Assembly: GCA_965219415.1 (NCBI GenBank)
Contig: OZ244742.1
Coordinates: forward strand, 1,824,001-1,888,000
DNA: 64,000 bases
Reading direction: 5' to 3'
DNA from: Candidatus Marinacidobacterales bacterium
GTDB lineage: Bacteria; Acidobacteriota; Vicinamibacteria; Marinacidobacterales; DATDRI01
This document shows, piece after piece, positions 54,815 to 64,000 of the stretch (positions are counted from its first letter, which is position 1; each line of letters opens with the position of its first letter). Both the position numbers and the translations under genes were made by a program. The notes beneath the pieces were generated by a model that was not told where the DNA came from, searched no databases, and saw only the letters and a program-made list of their open reading frames with translations.

Positions 54815-57700
54815 CTACAACACGTCCTGAATGATTCCACGCAGTCTGGCCAAGTTGCGTTTCACCTCCGGGCCCAGATGCACGCGGAGAACACGGCGCC
54901 CCCGCTCCACCAGAACTTCGAAATCCCCCTGCGCTTGAAAGCGCTTCAGGATCCCGAAGGAGTATTTCTGGCCGGGGATCGCGAGGTCATCGGCGTCCTC
55001 GGAGGTAATCTGGAGAAACACCCCACTATTGGGACCGCCCTTGTGCAATTGCCCGGTGGAATGGAGAAAACGCGGCCCGTAACCGAGAGTCGTCGCAACG
55101 TTCTTCGTGGACCGTACCGAACGTCGAATGGCGTTCAACTCCTTCTGGTTCTCCTCGTTCATCTCCACGTAGGCGTTGATGGCGAAATAGTCGCCCGCCT
55201 CCAGACGGCCGAGGTGAGCCTTCAGGTATTCCCGGAGATCCTTGGACTTGGCCGATGCTGCCATGGCCTCCGTATTGCGGGAGTCGGCAAACAGGCTCAG
55301 ATCGCCATCGGCGAGAAGCGGCCTTTCCGAAAGTAGCTCGCGGGTCTCCTCGTAGGCAGTAGTCAGCCTCCGCGTCGCGACCTTGCTCACTTCCACGTCT
55401 GGTTGGTTGAAGGGGTTGATGCCCAGAACCGACCCCGCCGCGGCAGTAGCGACCTCCCAGCGGAAAAACTCCTGCCCCAAGTCCATGCTCTCCACCAGTG
55501 TAATCTTCACCACTGGGTGCCCCGCTCTCTGGAGGGCCTCGGCTGCGACGTCCTGCTCTTTCGAAGGAGCGGGAGCGAGTCGGAGATGCACGAACACTCT
55601 GTCATCTCCGTACGCTTCGGAAGGTCCTAGCGGTTCGTCGTCGATGGGAACCAACCCCTTCCCTTCCTTGCCGGTCGACTCTGCGAGCAGCTGCTCCAGC
55701 CATGCACCGAACGACTTGATTCCGGGGGACGCGATGATCGTCACCTTGTCACGCCCTCGCTTGGCGAGGGTGCCGAGGATGATGCCCAGCTCGACGCCGG
55801 GGTTGACCTCGGGCGGCACAACCGATGCACAGGACTGCACCATAATCTCTGCGTTGTCCAAAAACCTCGGAACGTCCACACCCATCACCGCAGCGGGCAC
55901 CATTCCAAAATGGGACATCACCGAGTACCGGCCGCCGATGGTGGGCACACCGTGAGCGATGTGCCGAAAGTGATTCGCTTTGGCCAGACGGTGAAGCTTG
56001 GTCCCCGGGTCGGTGACGGCGATGAAGTGCGAGCCAGCTTTTTCCGGCCCAACCTCCTGCTCGACCTTGTCGAAGAAATACTGCTTGAAAACGTTGGGCT
56101 CGGTCGTGCTTCCGGATTTCGACGACACGATGAAAAGCGTTTTCGCTAGATTCACCCTCTTCTCGAACGCCCTGACCTGTGCCGGTACCGTCGAATCGAG
56201 AACGAGCAGTTCAGGAAAACCATCCACAACGCCAAAGCTCCGCCGCATCACCTCGGGCCCCAGACTGGATCCGCCCATTCCCAACAGGAGGATGTGCTCG
56301 AACCCTCCCGCCTTAACATCCTCCGCGATGGCCTGAATGTGCTCGGGATGATCGAGTTGGCCACTCACGATGTGCAACCAGCCGAGCCATTGATCTTCAT
56401 CCGCGCCGGACCAAAGCGATGTGTCCCCCCGCCAGAGCCGTCTGACCTTGCCATTGGTTCGCCAGTCGTCGAGAGCTTTCTGAACATCGCTCTCTGCTTC
56501 CCCGAGAAAGTAGGACTGCTTGGCCAGCTCGCCTGCCAATAGGGATCGTCGTTTCCGTTCCACGGCGGCGAGAAGCTTGTCGAAAGCGTTCGAGAATTTT
56601 TTCACCCCGTCGGCAAGCAGATGGTCGGTTACATCCTCCATCGAGATTCCGACCTCACCGAGGGTGGCCATCGTTTCCTCCGCTTGCTCGATGTTCTCCG
56701 CCCAGTTCTCAGTTAGGCTCGGCCGTGCGCGGCCCTTGGATCGAAAGGACAAATAGGTCTCGGTGGGAACTGTGTTCACGGTATCTTCACCGATCAGTTC
56801 ATCGACGTAAAGAGTCTTGGGATACTTCGGGTTCTTGGTGCTGGTGCTTGCCCACAAGAGCCTCTGTGTCTTGGCCCCTTGATCGGCCAGCGACTTCCAT
56901 TTCTTTGCGGAGTGGAGCTCCCGGTAGAGCGCATAGGCGACCCTAGCGTTGGCGATGGCCACTTTCCCAACCAAGCTCTTCAACTTCTGACGCCTCTCCG
57001 CTTCCCTCGTGGCGTCGAGAGCCTCACAAACCTTCTGGTCGACGAGCGAATCGATACGACTCACAAAGAAGCTAGCAACGCTCGACACACGAGAGAGGTC
57101 GCCTCCCGCCGAAGCGAAAATCTCGAGACCATCCATATACGCGTTGGCCACCGCCTCATAGGACTCGACCGCGAAAAGCAGTGTGACGTTGATATTGATG
57201 CCCTCTCCGATGAGCTGCTTGATCGCGGGCACGCCCTCGGGGGTCGCGGGAACCTTGATCATTACGTTCGGCCGGCCGATGGACTTGTGCAGACGGCGGG
57301 CTTCCTCGAGCGTACCTCCGGTGTCGTTGGCGAGGTAGGGCGACACCTCCATGCTCACGAAACCGTCGCGGCCTGAGGTCTGCTCGTAAACGCCGGCCAG
57401 AACGTCGGCGGCTAGTTGAATGTCCTCGATGGCCAAACCTTCGTAAATGTTCTTGGCGTCCCCGGTATCTTGCGAGACCAGCTTCTTAGTCGCGGCGTCG
57501 TAGTCGGTGCTGCCGGCCAGGGCCTTTTCGAAGATGGAGGGATTCGATGTCACGCCCAGCAGACCGTCTCCCTCTACCATCTCCTTGAGCTCGCCGGATG
57601 TAATGAGGCCGCGGCGAATATTGTCGTACCAGATGCTCTGGCCGAATTTCTGGACGTCTTGGATTGGGTTGGACACGGCGCTAGCCTCGAATCTTTCCAT
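54815..57700 (-). CDS. tal-pgi: Bifunctional transaldolase/glucose-6-phosphate isomerase
   Basis: GVTSNPSIF, MIKVPAT, ASFFVSR; GMGGSSLG, SKSG, GGRYS, FNQPDVE. Confidence 0.92.
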   Translation of the reverse strand: MERFEASAVSNPIQDVQKFGQSIWYDNIRRGLITSGELKEMVEGDGLLGVTSNPSIFEKALAGSTDYDAATKKLVSQDTGDAKNIYEGLAIEDIQLAADVLAGVYEQTSGRDGFVSMEVSPYLANDTGGTLEEARRLHKSIGRPNVMIKVPATPEGVPAIKQLIGEGININVTLLFAVESYEAVANAYMDGLEIFASAGGDLSRVSSVASFFVSRIDSLVDQKVCEALDATREAERRQKLKSLVGKVAIANARVAYALYRELHSAKKWKSLADQGAKTQRLLWASTSTKNPKYPKTLYVDELIGEDTVNTVPTETYLSFRSKGRARPSLTENWAENIEQAEETMATLGEVGISMEDVTDHLLADGVKKFSNAFDKLLAAVERKRRSLLAGELAKQSYFLGEAESDVQKALDDWRTNGKVRRLWRGDTSLWSGADEDQWLGWLHIVSGQLDHPEHIQAIAEDVKAGGFEHILLLGMGGSSLGPEVMRRSFGVVDGFPELLVLDSTVPAQVRAFEKRVNLAKTLFIVSSKSGSTTEPNVFKQYFFDKVEQEVGPEKAGSHFIAVTDPGTKLHRLAKANHFRHIAHGVPTIGGRYSVMSHFGMVPAAVMGVDVPRFLDNAEIMVQSCASVVPPEVNPGVELGIILGTLAKRGRDKVTIIASPGIKSFGAWLEQLLAESTGKEGKGLVPIDDEPLGPSEAYGDDRVFVHLRLAPAPSKEQDVAAEALQRAGHPVVKITLVESMDLGQEFFRWEVATAAAGSVLGINPFNQPDVEVSKVATRRLTTAYEETRELLSERPLLADGDLSLFADSRNTEAMAASAKSKDLREYLKAHLGRLEAGDYFAINAYVEMNEENQKELNAIRRSVRSTKNVATTLGYGPRFLHSTGQLHKGGPNSGVFLQITSEDADDLAIPGQKYSFGILKRFQAQGDFEVLVERGRRVLRVHLGPEVKRNLARLRGIIQDVL

Positions 57701-57799
57701 TGAGAAGTGTAAACCGCTAGGTTCCCTGTAGATGTAACCCATTCGGAGAAACCAAGCAAGAGCTTACTTAAGCGGGCGGGCGCCCGCTTGGCGCCCGCG

Positions 57800-58315
57800 G
57801 CTCAAGCTGGGCACTCGCGTCTTACGCAGCTCATCGGACGCAGGACATCAGGCTCTGGCAGCGCAGGTCCTCGGCTACGTCGACGTCAAGCAGGCCGTCG
57901 TCGACGATCTCGTGTACGCGATGAGCGATCCGTCCGTGGACGTCCGGAACAACGCGATGCGGACGTTATGGGTGTTCACCGCGGCAACGCCAAGTGCGGC
58001 GCGCCCTGTCCCACGTGTTCCTTATCAACCGTTCATCATGTTGCTCCACTCTCCGGATTTTACGGATCGGAACAAAGCGTCACTAGCACTTCGAAGGGTC
58101 GGGACCCGCAGCTTCTCAGGAGGCTGCGTAACGAGGCCATGGCGCCGCTCGTTGAGATGGCCCGCTGGAAGAGCGAGGGGCATGCAATGGCTGCCTTCAT
58201 CATCCTCGGGCGGATCGCTGGCTACTCAGACGAGGCCGCAGAGGCCGCCTGGCATCGGGGTGAAAGGGAAGAGGTCATCGGCGCAGCGCTCAGTCGACAT
58301 GGGCCGGCCGTCTGA
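57800..58315 (+). pseudogene. HEAT-repeat protein, 5'-truncated and frameshifted
   Basis: AAQVLGY..DLVYAMSDPSVDVRNNAMR..DRNKAS, then LVEMARWKS in another frame. Confidence 0.55.
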
Positions 58316-59351
58316 CTGCGCTGTTATACCGCCCGAATTCATAAAGTAAGTGCAACACAGCTCCCGGATGAGGTGACCTGGAATGTGCCACGATTCCTCA
58401 AACAACCAAGAATGGGGACTCGCTAATGACTTATTACCAGATCACCTCGGAAGAACGATACACCATCGCGGCGCTGCGACGGGAGGGATTTTGCTCGGCC
58501 GAGATTGCGCGGCGCCTGGGGCACCACCGGAGCACAATCTCGAGAGAGGTCAGGAGGAACAGCTCACGTAGTGATGGATGCTACCGGCCGAGCAAGGCCA
58601 TCGAGAAAACGAACGGACGACGATCGCGGTCTCGCCGGAACCAGTACTTCACAAAGGCCGACTTTGCCCTGGTGGAGAAGAAGCTTAAGGCTGACTGGAG
58701 CCCAGAGCAGATCTCCGGCCACCTGCGCCTTCACGGCGAGCTCTCGATCAGCCACGAGACGATCTACACCCACGTCTGGCGGGACAAGGAGGCCGGAGGA
58801 CATCTATACCGCCACCTTCGATGCTCGCCCAAACTTAGACGCAAGCGCCACAACAGCTATGACAGCCGAGGCCACCTGGCCGGGAAGCGTCATATCTCCG
58901 AGCGGCCGCCTTGTGTCGACAAGCGCAGTGCCGTTGGCCACTGGGAGATCGACACCGTGGTAGGAAAAGGCGCGCCGGACTGCGTAACCACGCTCGTGGA
59001 ACGAAAGACGGGCTATGCGCTGATCGGCAAGCTGTCCGACCGCACCATGTTCAGCACTAGTCAGCGAACGAAGATGTTGCTCCGGCGGGTGCCGGAGCAG
59101 GTCAAGACGATCACCGCGGACAATGGTACGGAGTTCCACGACTACGAATCCGTCGAGGAAGCGACCGGCGTCAAGTTCTACTTCGCGACTCCCTATCACT
59201 CATGGGAGAGAGGCAGCAACGAGAACTTCAATGACCTGCTACGACAATACCTGCCGAAGCGCACCAGCCAAGCAGCGCTCACGCAACGCGACTGCGATCG
59301 TATCGCAAACAAGCTCAACTCACGGCCCCGCAAGAGACTCGGCTACGGCAC

Positions 59352-60668
<1,317 letters not shown>

Positions 60669-60702
60669 CACACCGGAGGAACGTTTCCATGGGCTCTAAC
60701 GA

Positions 60703-61200
60703 ATGGTGCGCTTCAAACTTGAAGTCACACCGTGTCAAATCTGGGTGCTATTGATATGCGCTTTATTGCTTTCATTGTTCCGGGGAGTACCGACTACCCA
60801 TGACGATGCCCTGGAGAGTCTGAAGTCAACGGAAGCGAGGCGCCTCGCGGCGTTGAATGCCCGAGATGTGGATACGATTGTGGAAATTGAAGGTGGTGCG
60901 GTCGGGTTCGGTCGGGCATCCACAGTTCCGCGAAGAAATGAACCCGCGTCCTTCAAAGCAAGAATCGAAAGCTGGTTCAGCACCATGGAGAACCTTGAGA
61001 TCGAACTACTCGACGAAGACTATCGGGTCGTTGGCAACACCGGTTTGGTGGTCGGAACGCTTGTGCGGAGGGAGAGGCCCATCGGAGGTAAGCCCTTAAC
61101 TCGACGACTACGGTATTCAGCGACTTATGTCCTGCAAGGGAAACAGTGGCACATGGTTCAGTACCATCGTTCACCGATTCCGGCAGAAGCAACCTCTTGA
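60703..61200 (+). CDS. NTF2-like (DUF4440) exported protein; probable integron cassette gene
   Basis: Hydrophobic N-region, RVVGNTGLVVG, RYSATYV...W.MV.YH.S; attC follows 44 bp after the stop. Confidence 0.75.
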   Translation: MVRFKLEVTPCQIWVLLICALLLSLFRGVPTTHDDALESLKSTEARRLAALNARDVDTIVEIEGGAVGFGRASTVPRRNEPASFKARIESWFSTMENLEIELLDEDYRVVGNTGLVVGTLVRRERPIGGKPLTRRLRYSATYVLQGKQWHMVQYHRSPIPAEATS

Positions 61201-61244
61201 GATGGATCTCCGCGAGTATGATTTGCATGGAGAGTGACGAACCA

Positions 61245-61343
61245 GCATAACAATTCGCTGCGGCTGACGAGTGGCTCGAGTTGCTTGGAAGAATAAGACG
61301 TTCTTATTGGTGCGCCACTCGCAGCTGAGCTCGACTGTTAGGC
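61245..61343 (+). other. Integron attC recombination site (99 bp)
   Basis: R'' GCATAAC, R' GTTAGGC, arms GCTG(A)CGAGTGGC / GCCACTCGCAGC with an unpaired base, inner hairpin AATAAGA/TCTTATT. Confidence 0.82.
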
Positions 61344-61353
61344 GACTCTCGGG

Positions 61354-61490
61354 ACGGTCCGGAGACATAGGTAACAAAACAGTCCGGGGACATGGGTGAC
61401 AGTAGAGAGGTACCGGGAGGTGCCTCGTGGGATGGAGGTCAACGTCACCTATGGGCGAGCGAGTGCGTTTCATAGTGGATGCTCCAGAGC
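61354..61490 (+). mobile_element. IS481-type left-end remnant with the first ~19 codons of the transposase
   Basis: Two 20-bp repeats GTCCGGRGACATRGGTRACA (61357, 61382), RBS GGGAGG, GTG 61427 giving GWRSTSPMGERVRFIVD. Confidence 0.6.
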
Positions 61491-61507
61491 AGGGCGGCAG
61501 CCTTAAG

Positions 61508-61674
61508 AGCCTTACGGACCAAGGAGGCATCAACCGAAATCGTCGAATAGGATATGGTGCGCAGGGCGAACGAGCCAACAGGGGCAGGCACTAAGAGGCA
61601 CGAAATCCTACCCATCCGAGAAATTGGATGGCTCTCGATAGCGCCCATTTGGGGTCTGTTGGTAGCAGGGCGGT
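61508..61674 (+). repeat. Structured non-coding repeat, copy 1 (candidate ncRNA)
   Basis: 159/167 identical to 63834-64000. Confidence 0.85.
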
Positions 61675-62107
61675 AGCAGCCCCCAGGCTCTACATTACGA
61701 TATACCTCCGCTGCGACCTGTGTGCCACCGCAGGGAACGCGCATCCTCCCGCCTCTGATCGATCTCGGTCGCGCTAGGCTGACTCGAAGCCGTAAGTGAC
61801 GGCGAAAACCCGCATCTCCACTGTAGATTCTCTCACTCCGACACTGAGGTACGGTACCGTAGAAGACGGCATCTTGCGGGCTTTATCGGGACCGTAGATC
61901 GATCCACATTTCGCCGAGCCGATAGGAACGACGGACCATTTGCCGGATTCTCCATCAGGTGCACGGACCTAGCGCGACCCAAATCAGTGCGTCGTGACTA
62001 GATGCCCGCGTTGCCGCACAGTAAGCCACTAGCCCTTTTGACTTTTCAGCCTGTGCGGGACTATTCTCAGATTGATCGGCCAGCCCAAAGCAGTTGGAGG
62101 CTTTCCC

Positions 62108-62290
62108 ATGGCCAACGAACATCGTCAGCAGGTGGAAAGGCTGGTCCGGGCTGCGCTTGAACACCCTCCCTCCGAGAGAAGCCTTTTTCTGGAAGGCGCG
62201 TGCTTGGAGGACGCGTCCCTACGAAAGGAAGTCGAAGCCATCCTCGCTTCTCGGGAGCCTCCTGCGAGTTCTCCCCAGGAGCCCCACAGC
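62108..62290 (+). pseudogene. N-terminal remnant of a Ser/Thr protein kinase
   Basis: MANEHRQQVERLVRAALE..SER..FL..AC..D..LR.EVE.IL resembles the leader helix of ECF-associated kinases; no kinase domain follows. Confidence 0.6.
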
Positions 62291-62364
62291 ACCCGCCGGA
62301 TTTCATCGACGATAATGTGCCCGCACGAAGTGCGGAGTTTGTCTGTTTCCGAAAGGAGGATCAG

Positions 62365-63519
62365 ATGACGAAACTCAAGAAATGGATCGCGAGTGCGACC
62401 CTTGCGTGCCTCTGGGCCTGCGGCAGTCCGGAGCAATCGACCATAGACCAATTCTTCCGTGCCGCCCGGACCAACGACCCTACAACGCTTGCTTCCATGT
62501 CGGCCGTCGGCCCTCCCGTGGAGGTAGAGTCGTGGAAGGTGGTCGAGGTTAGCTCCCGATCAACGGAGCCTTTCGCGTTGCCGGAGCTCCTCGACCGGTT
62601 TGAGGCCGCCACGAAGGAACGAGACGCCGCGGTGGAGGCAGGCCAAAAGTATGCCAGCGACCAGCCGGATGCTCTCGAACGGATCATCCCAAAGCTGCGA
62701 GAGGGTTCAGATTACAAGTTCCGTGGAAAGATGGGTGAGATTCAAGAGGAGTGGTTGAGGCTGGTTGAGGAGCGCAGAGAGAAGGAAGGCACATTTCAAG
62801 AGCTCAAACGGGCCGTACGTAGTGAAACCGGACTCGCCACCAAGTCGGTGATGCGCCAGGTGAACGTCGAGAACCTAGACGGAGACGTCGCGGTGACGGA
62901 AATGCTGCTCCGCCTCAAACCCCGGGATGGCGACGAGCTGCCCTATAGGGTTGTGCTTCGAAAGTACAAACTCTCTGAGCCGGAGAGCGATCGCATCGAG
63001 CCCGCGCGTTGGGTCATCCTCGACATCGAGGGGACAACCCCGGAGGCTCGGGCCGCGGCATCCGCGCCTGCCAAGGCGAGTGAACCATCCTCAGAATCGG
63101 CAGACGCCACCGAGCCCTCGAAGGTTGCCGACAACCAAGGCGCCGCCGAGAGCAAGCAGCCTGCCCGGAACGAGCCAACGTACCGGCCTCGAGAGTTACG
63201 CGGCCTCGCTAGAGTTCAGATTCTCACCCCCGAGACAAAGGTCGAAGGCGACGAGGTGATCACCACCATCCGGGTGCGCAATGTGTCGAAGGACTGGATA
63301 ACGCGGTTTATGGTGACGGAGCACTGGTACGACGAGCAGGGCAACGCGGTGAGAAGTGGTTCGCGAACGCACCAAAAGCAGTTCATGCCGGGCGAGGTCA
63401 TAGAGATGGAGCTGCGGACGCGCAAGAACCCGAAGTTCTACCAGAACCAGTTCGAGTTCTCGCACGCCAACGGTGACGTCAAGGCCTTTCCCGTCGGGAG
63501 CTTCCCGAAGGACACTTAA
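62365..63519 (+). CDS. Hypothetical lipoprotein (coiled coil, Ala/Ser/Pro linker, C-terminal beta domain)
   Basis: RBS AGGAGG, ATG 62365, lipobox LWAC. Confidence 0.8.
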   Translation: MTKLKKWIASATLACLWACGSPEQSTIDQFFRAARTNDPTTLASMSAVGPPVEVESWKVVEVSSRSTEPFALPELLDRFEAATKERDAAVEAGQKYASDQPDALERIIPKLREGSDYKFRGKMGEIQEEWLRLVEERREKEGTFQELKRAVRSETGLATKSVMRQVNVENLDGDVAVTEMLLRLKPRDGDELPYRVVLRKYKLSEPESDRIEPARWVILDIEGTTPEARAAASAPAKASEPSSESADATEPSKVADNQGAAESKQPARNEPTYRPRELRGLARVQILTPETKVEGDEVITTIRVRNVSKDWITRFMVTEHWYDEQGNAVRSGSRTHQKQFMPGEVIEMELRTRKNPKFYQNQFEFSHANGDVKAFPVGSFPKDT

Positions 63520-63833
63520 GAGTAACGCGACTACCCGGTCGAGCGCGGCTGGGGCGCATAACTCTTTGCGTGCAGGACAACTGATCCGCATTGGGTCGGT
63601 TGACACCCGCATCCACGCCCCGAGTACAGATTCGCCTCGCGCTAGGCACGCCGCTTTCGCCGTAGTGGGACGCGGCCATGTCGCCGCGATAGATTGATCC
63701 TCCGCCTGCTAGGTCGAGCCAAGTGATGAGGAATCAACGAAAGGCCCCTTGGGTCCCATGTGATTGGCGAAAAGCGACGCTGCGATTGTTTCACGATCGC
63801 GAGCGCCGCTCGCACGTCAACGTAGAAGCAGAA

Positions 63834-64000
63834 AGCCTTACGGACCGAGAAGTTATCAACCGAAATCGTCGAAGAGGATATAGTGCGCAGGGCGAACTAG
63901 CCGACAGGGGCAGGCACTAAGAGGCACGAAATCCTACCCATCCGAGAAATTGGATGGCTCTCGATAGCGCCCATTTGGGGTCTGTTGGTAGCAGGGCGGT
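63834..64000 (+). repeat. Structured non-coding repeat, copy 2 (cut by window end)
   Basis: Colinear with 61508-61674, 8 substitutions. Confidence 0.85.

Noticed and set aside
57770-57789. Terminator hairpin AAGCGGGCG/CGCCCGCTT
   Set aside because: No U-tract, and it lies upstream of tal-pgi at a probable junction rather than after a gene
61357-61401. CRISPR mini-array from two 20-bp direct repeats
   Set aside because: Only two units with a 5-bp spacer and no cas genes; better explained as IS end repeats
61651-61690. SRP (4.5S) RNA, from GGGGTCTGTTGGT and CAGG...AGCAGC
   Set aside because: The GNRA-capped helix between CAGG and AGCAGC and the long enclosing stem are missing
63556-63647. 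Second attC after the lipoprotein gene (GCATAAC ... GCTAGGC with an internal hairpin)
   Set aside because: R' lacks the invariant GTT and the L boxes do not pair; at most a degenerate site
63723-63920. 65-aa ORF overlapping repeat copy 2
   Set aside because: Differences from copy 1 change amino acids at every affected codon; no recognisable protein features

Overview
GC-rich bacterial chromosome segment. Gene content and protein styles suggest Acidobacteriota (inference). The first ~47 kb is mostly housekeeping and accessory metabolism: amidohydrolases, an SpdH-like oxidoreductase, two uracil-DNA glycosylases, pepP, trmL, methylmalonyl-CoA mutase, oppDF, rnhB, a metal ABC system, an ECF sigma/anti-sigma pair, surE, ubiD, metF and two cyclophilins. 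Many genes carry single-base indels or abrupt mid-gene junctions, so part of the apparent pseudogenisation may be sequencing or assembly error. The last ~16 kb is a mobile, decaying region. It holds a secreted kinase-like/Omp85 pair, an AT-rich sensor-kinase relic hit by two IS3 elements, a glk-rpe-rpiA-tal/pgi cluster, and an IS3 nested inside an IS30 that itself split a small NTF2-like gene. It also holds a solitary integron attC site, an IS481-type end remnant and a highly structured non-coding stretch. That stretch includes a 167-bp element repeated at the window end and a separate multi-stem fold with an alternative long-range pairing; these are the best candidates for something undescribed. 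No rRNA, tRNA or CRISPR array was recognised.
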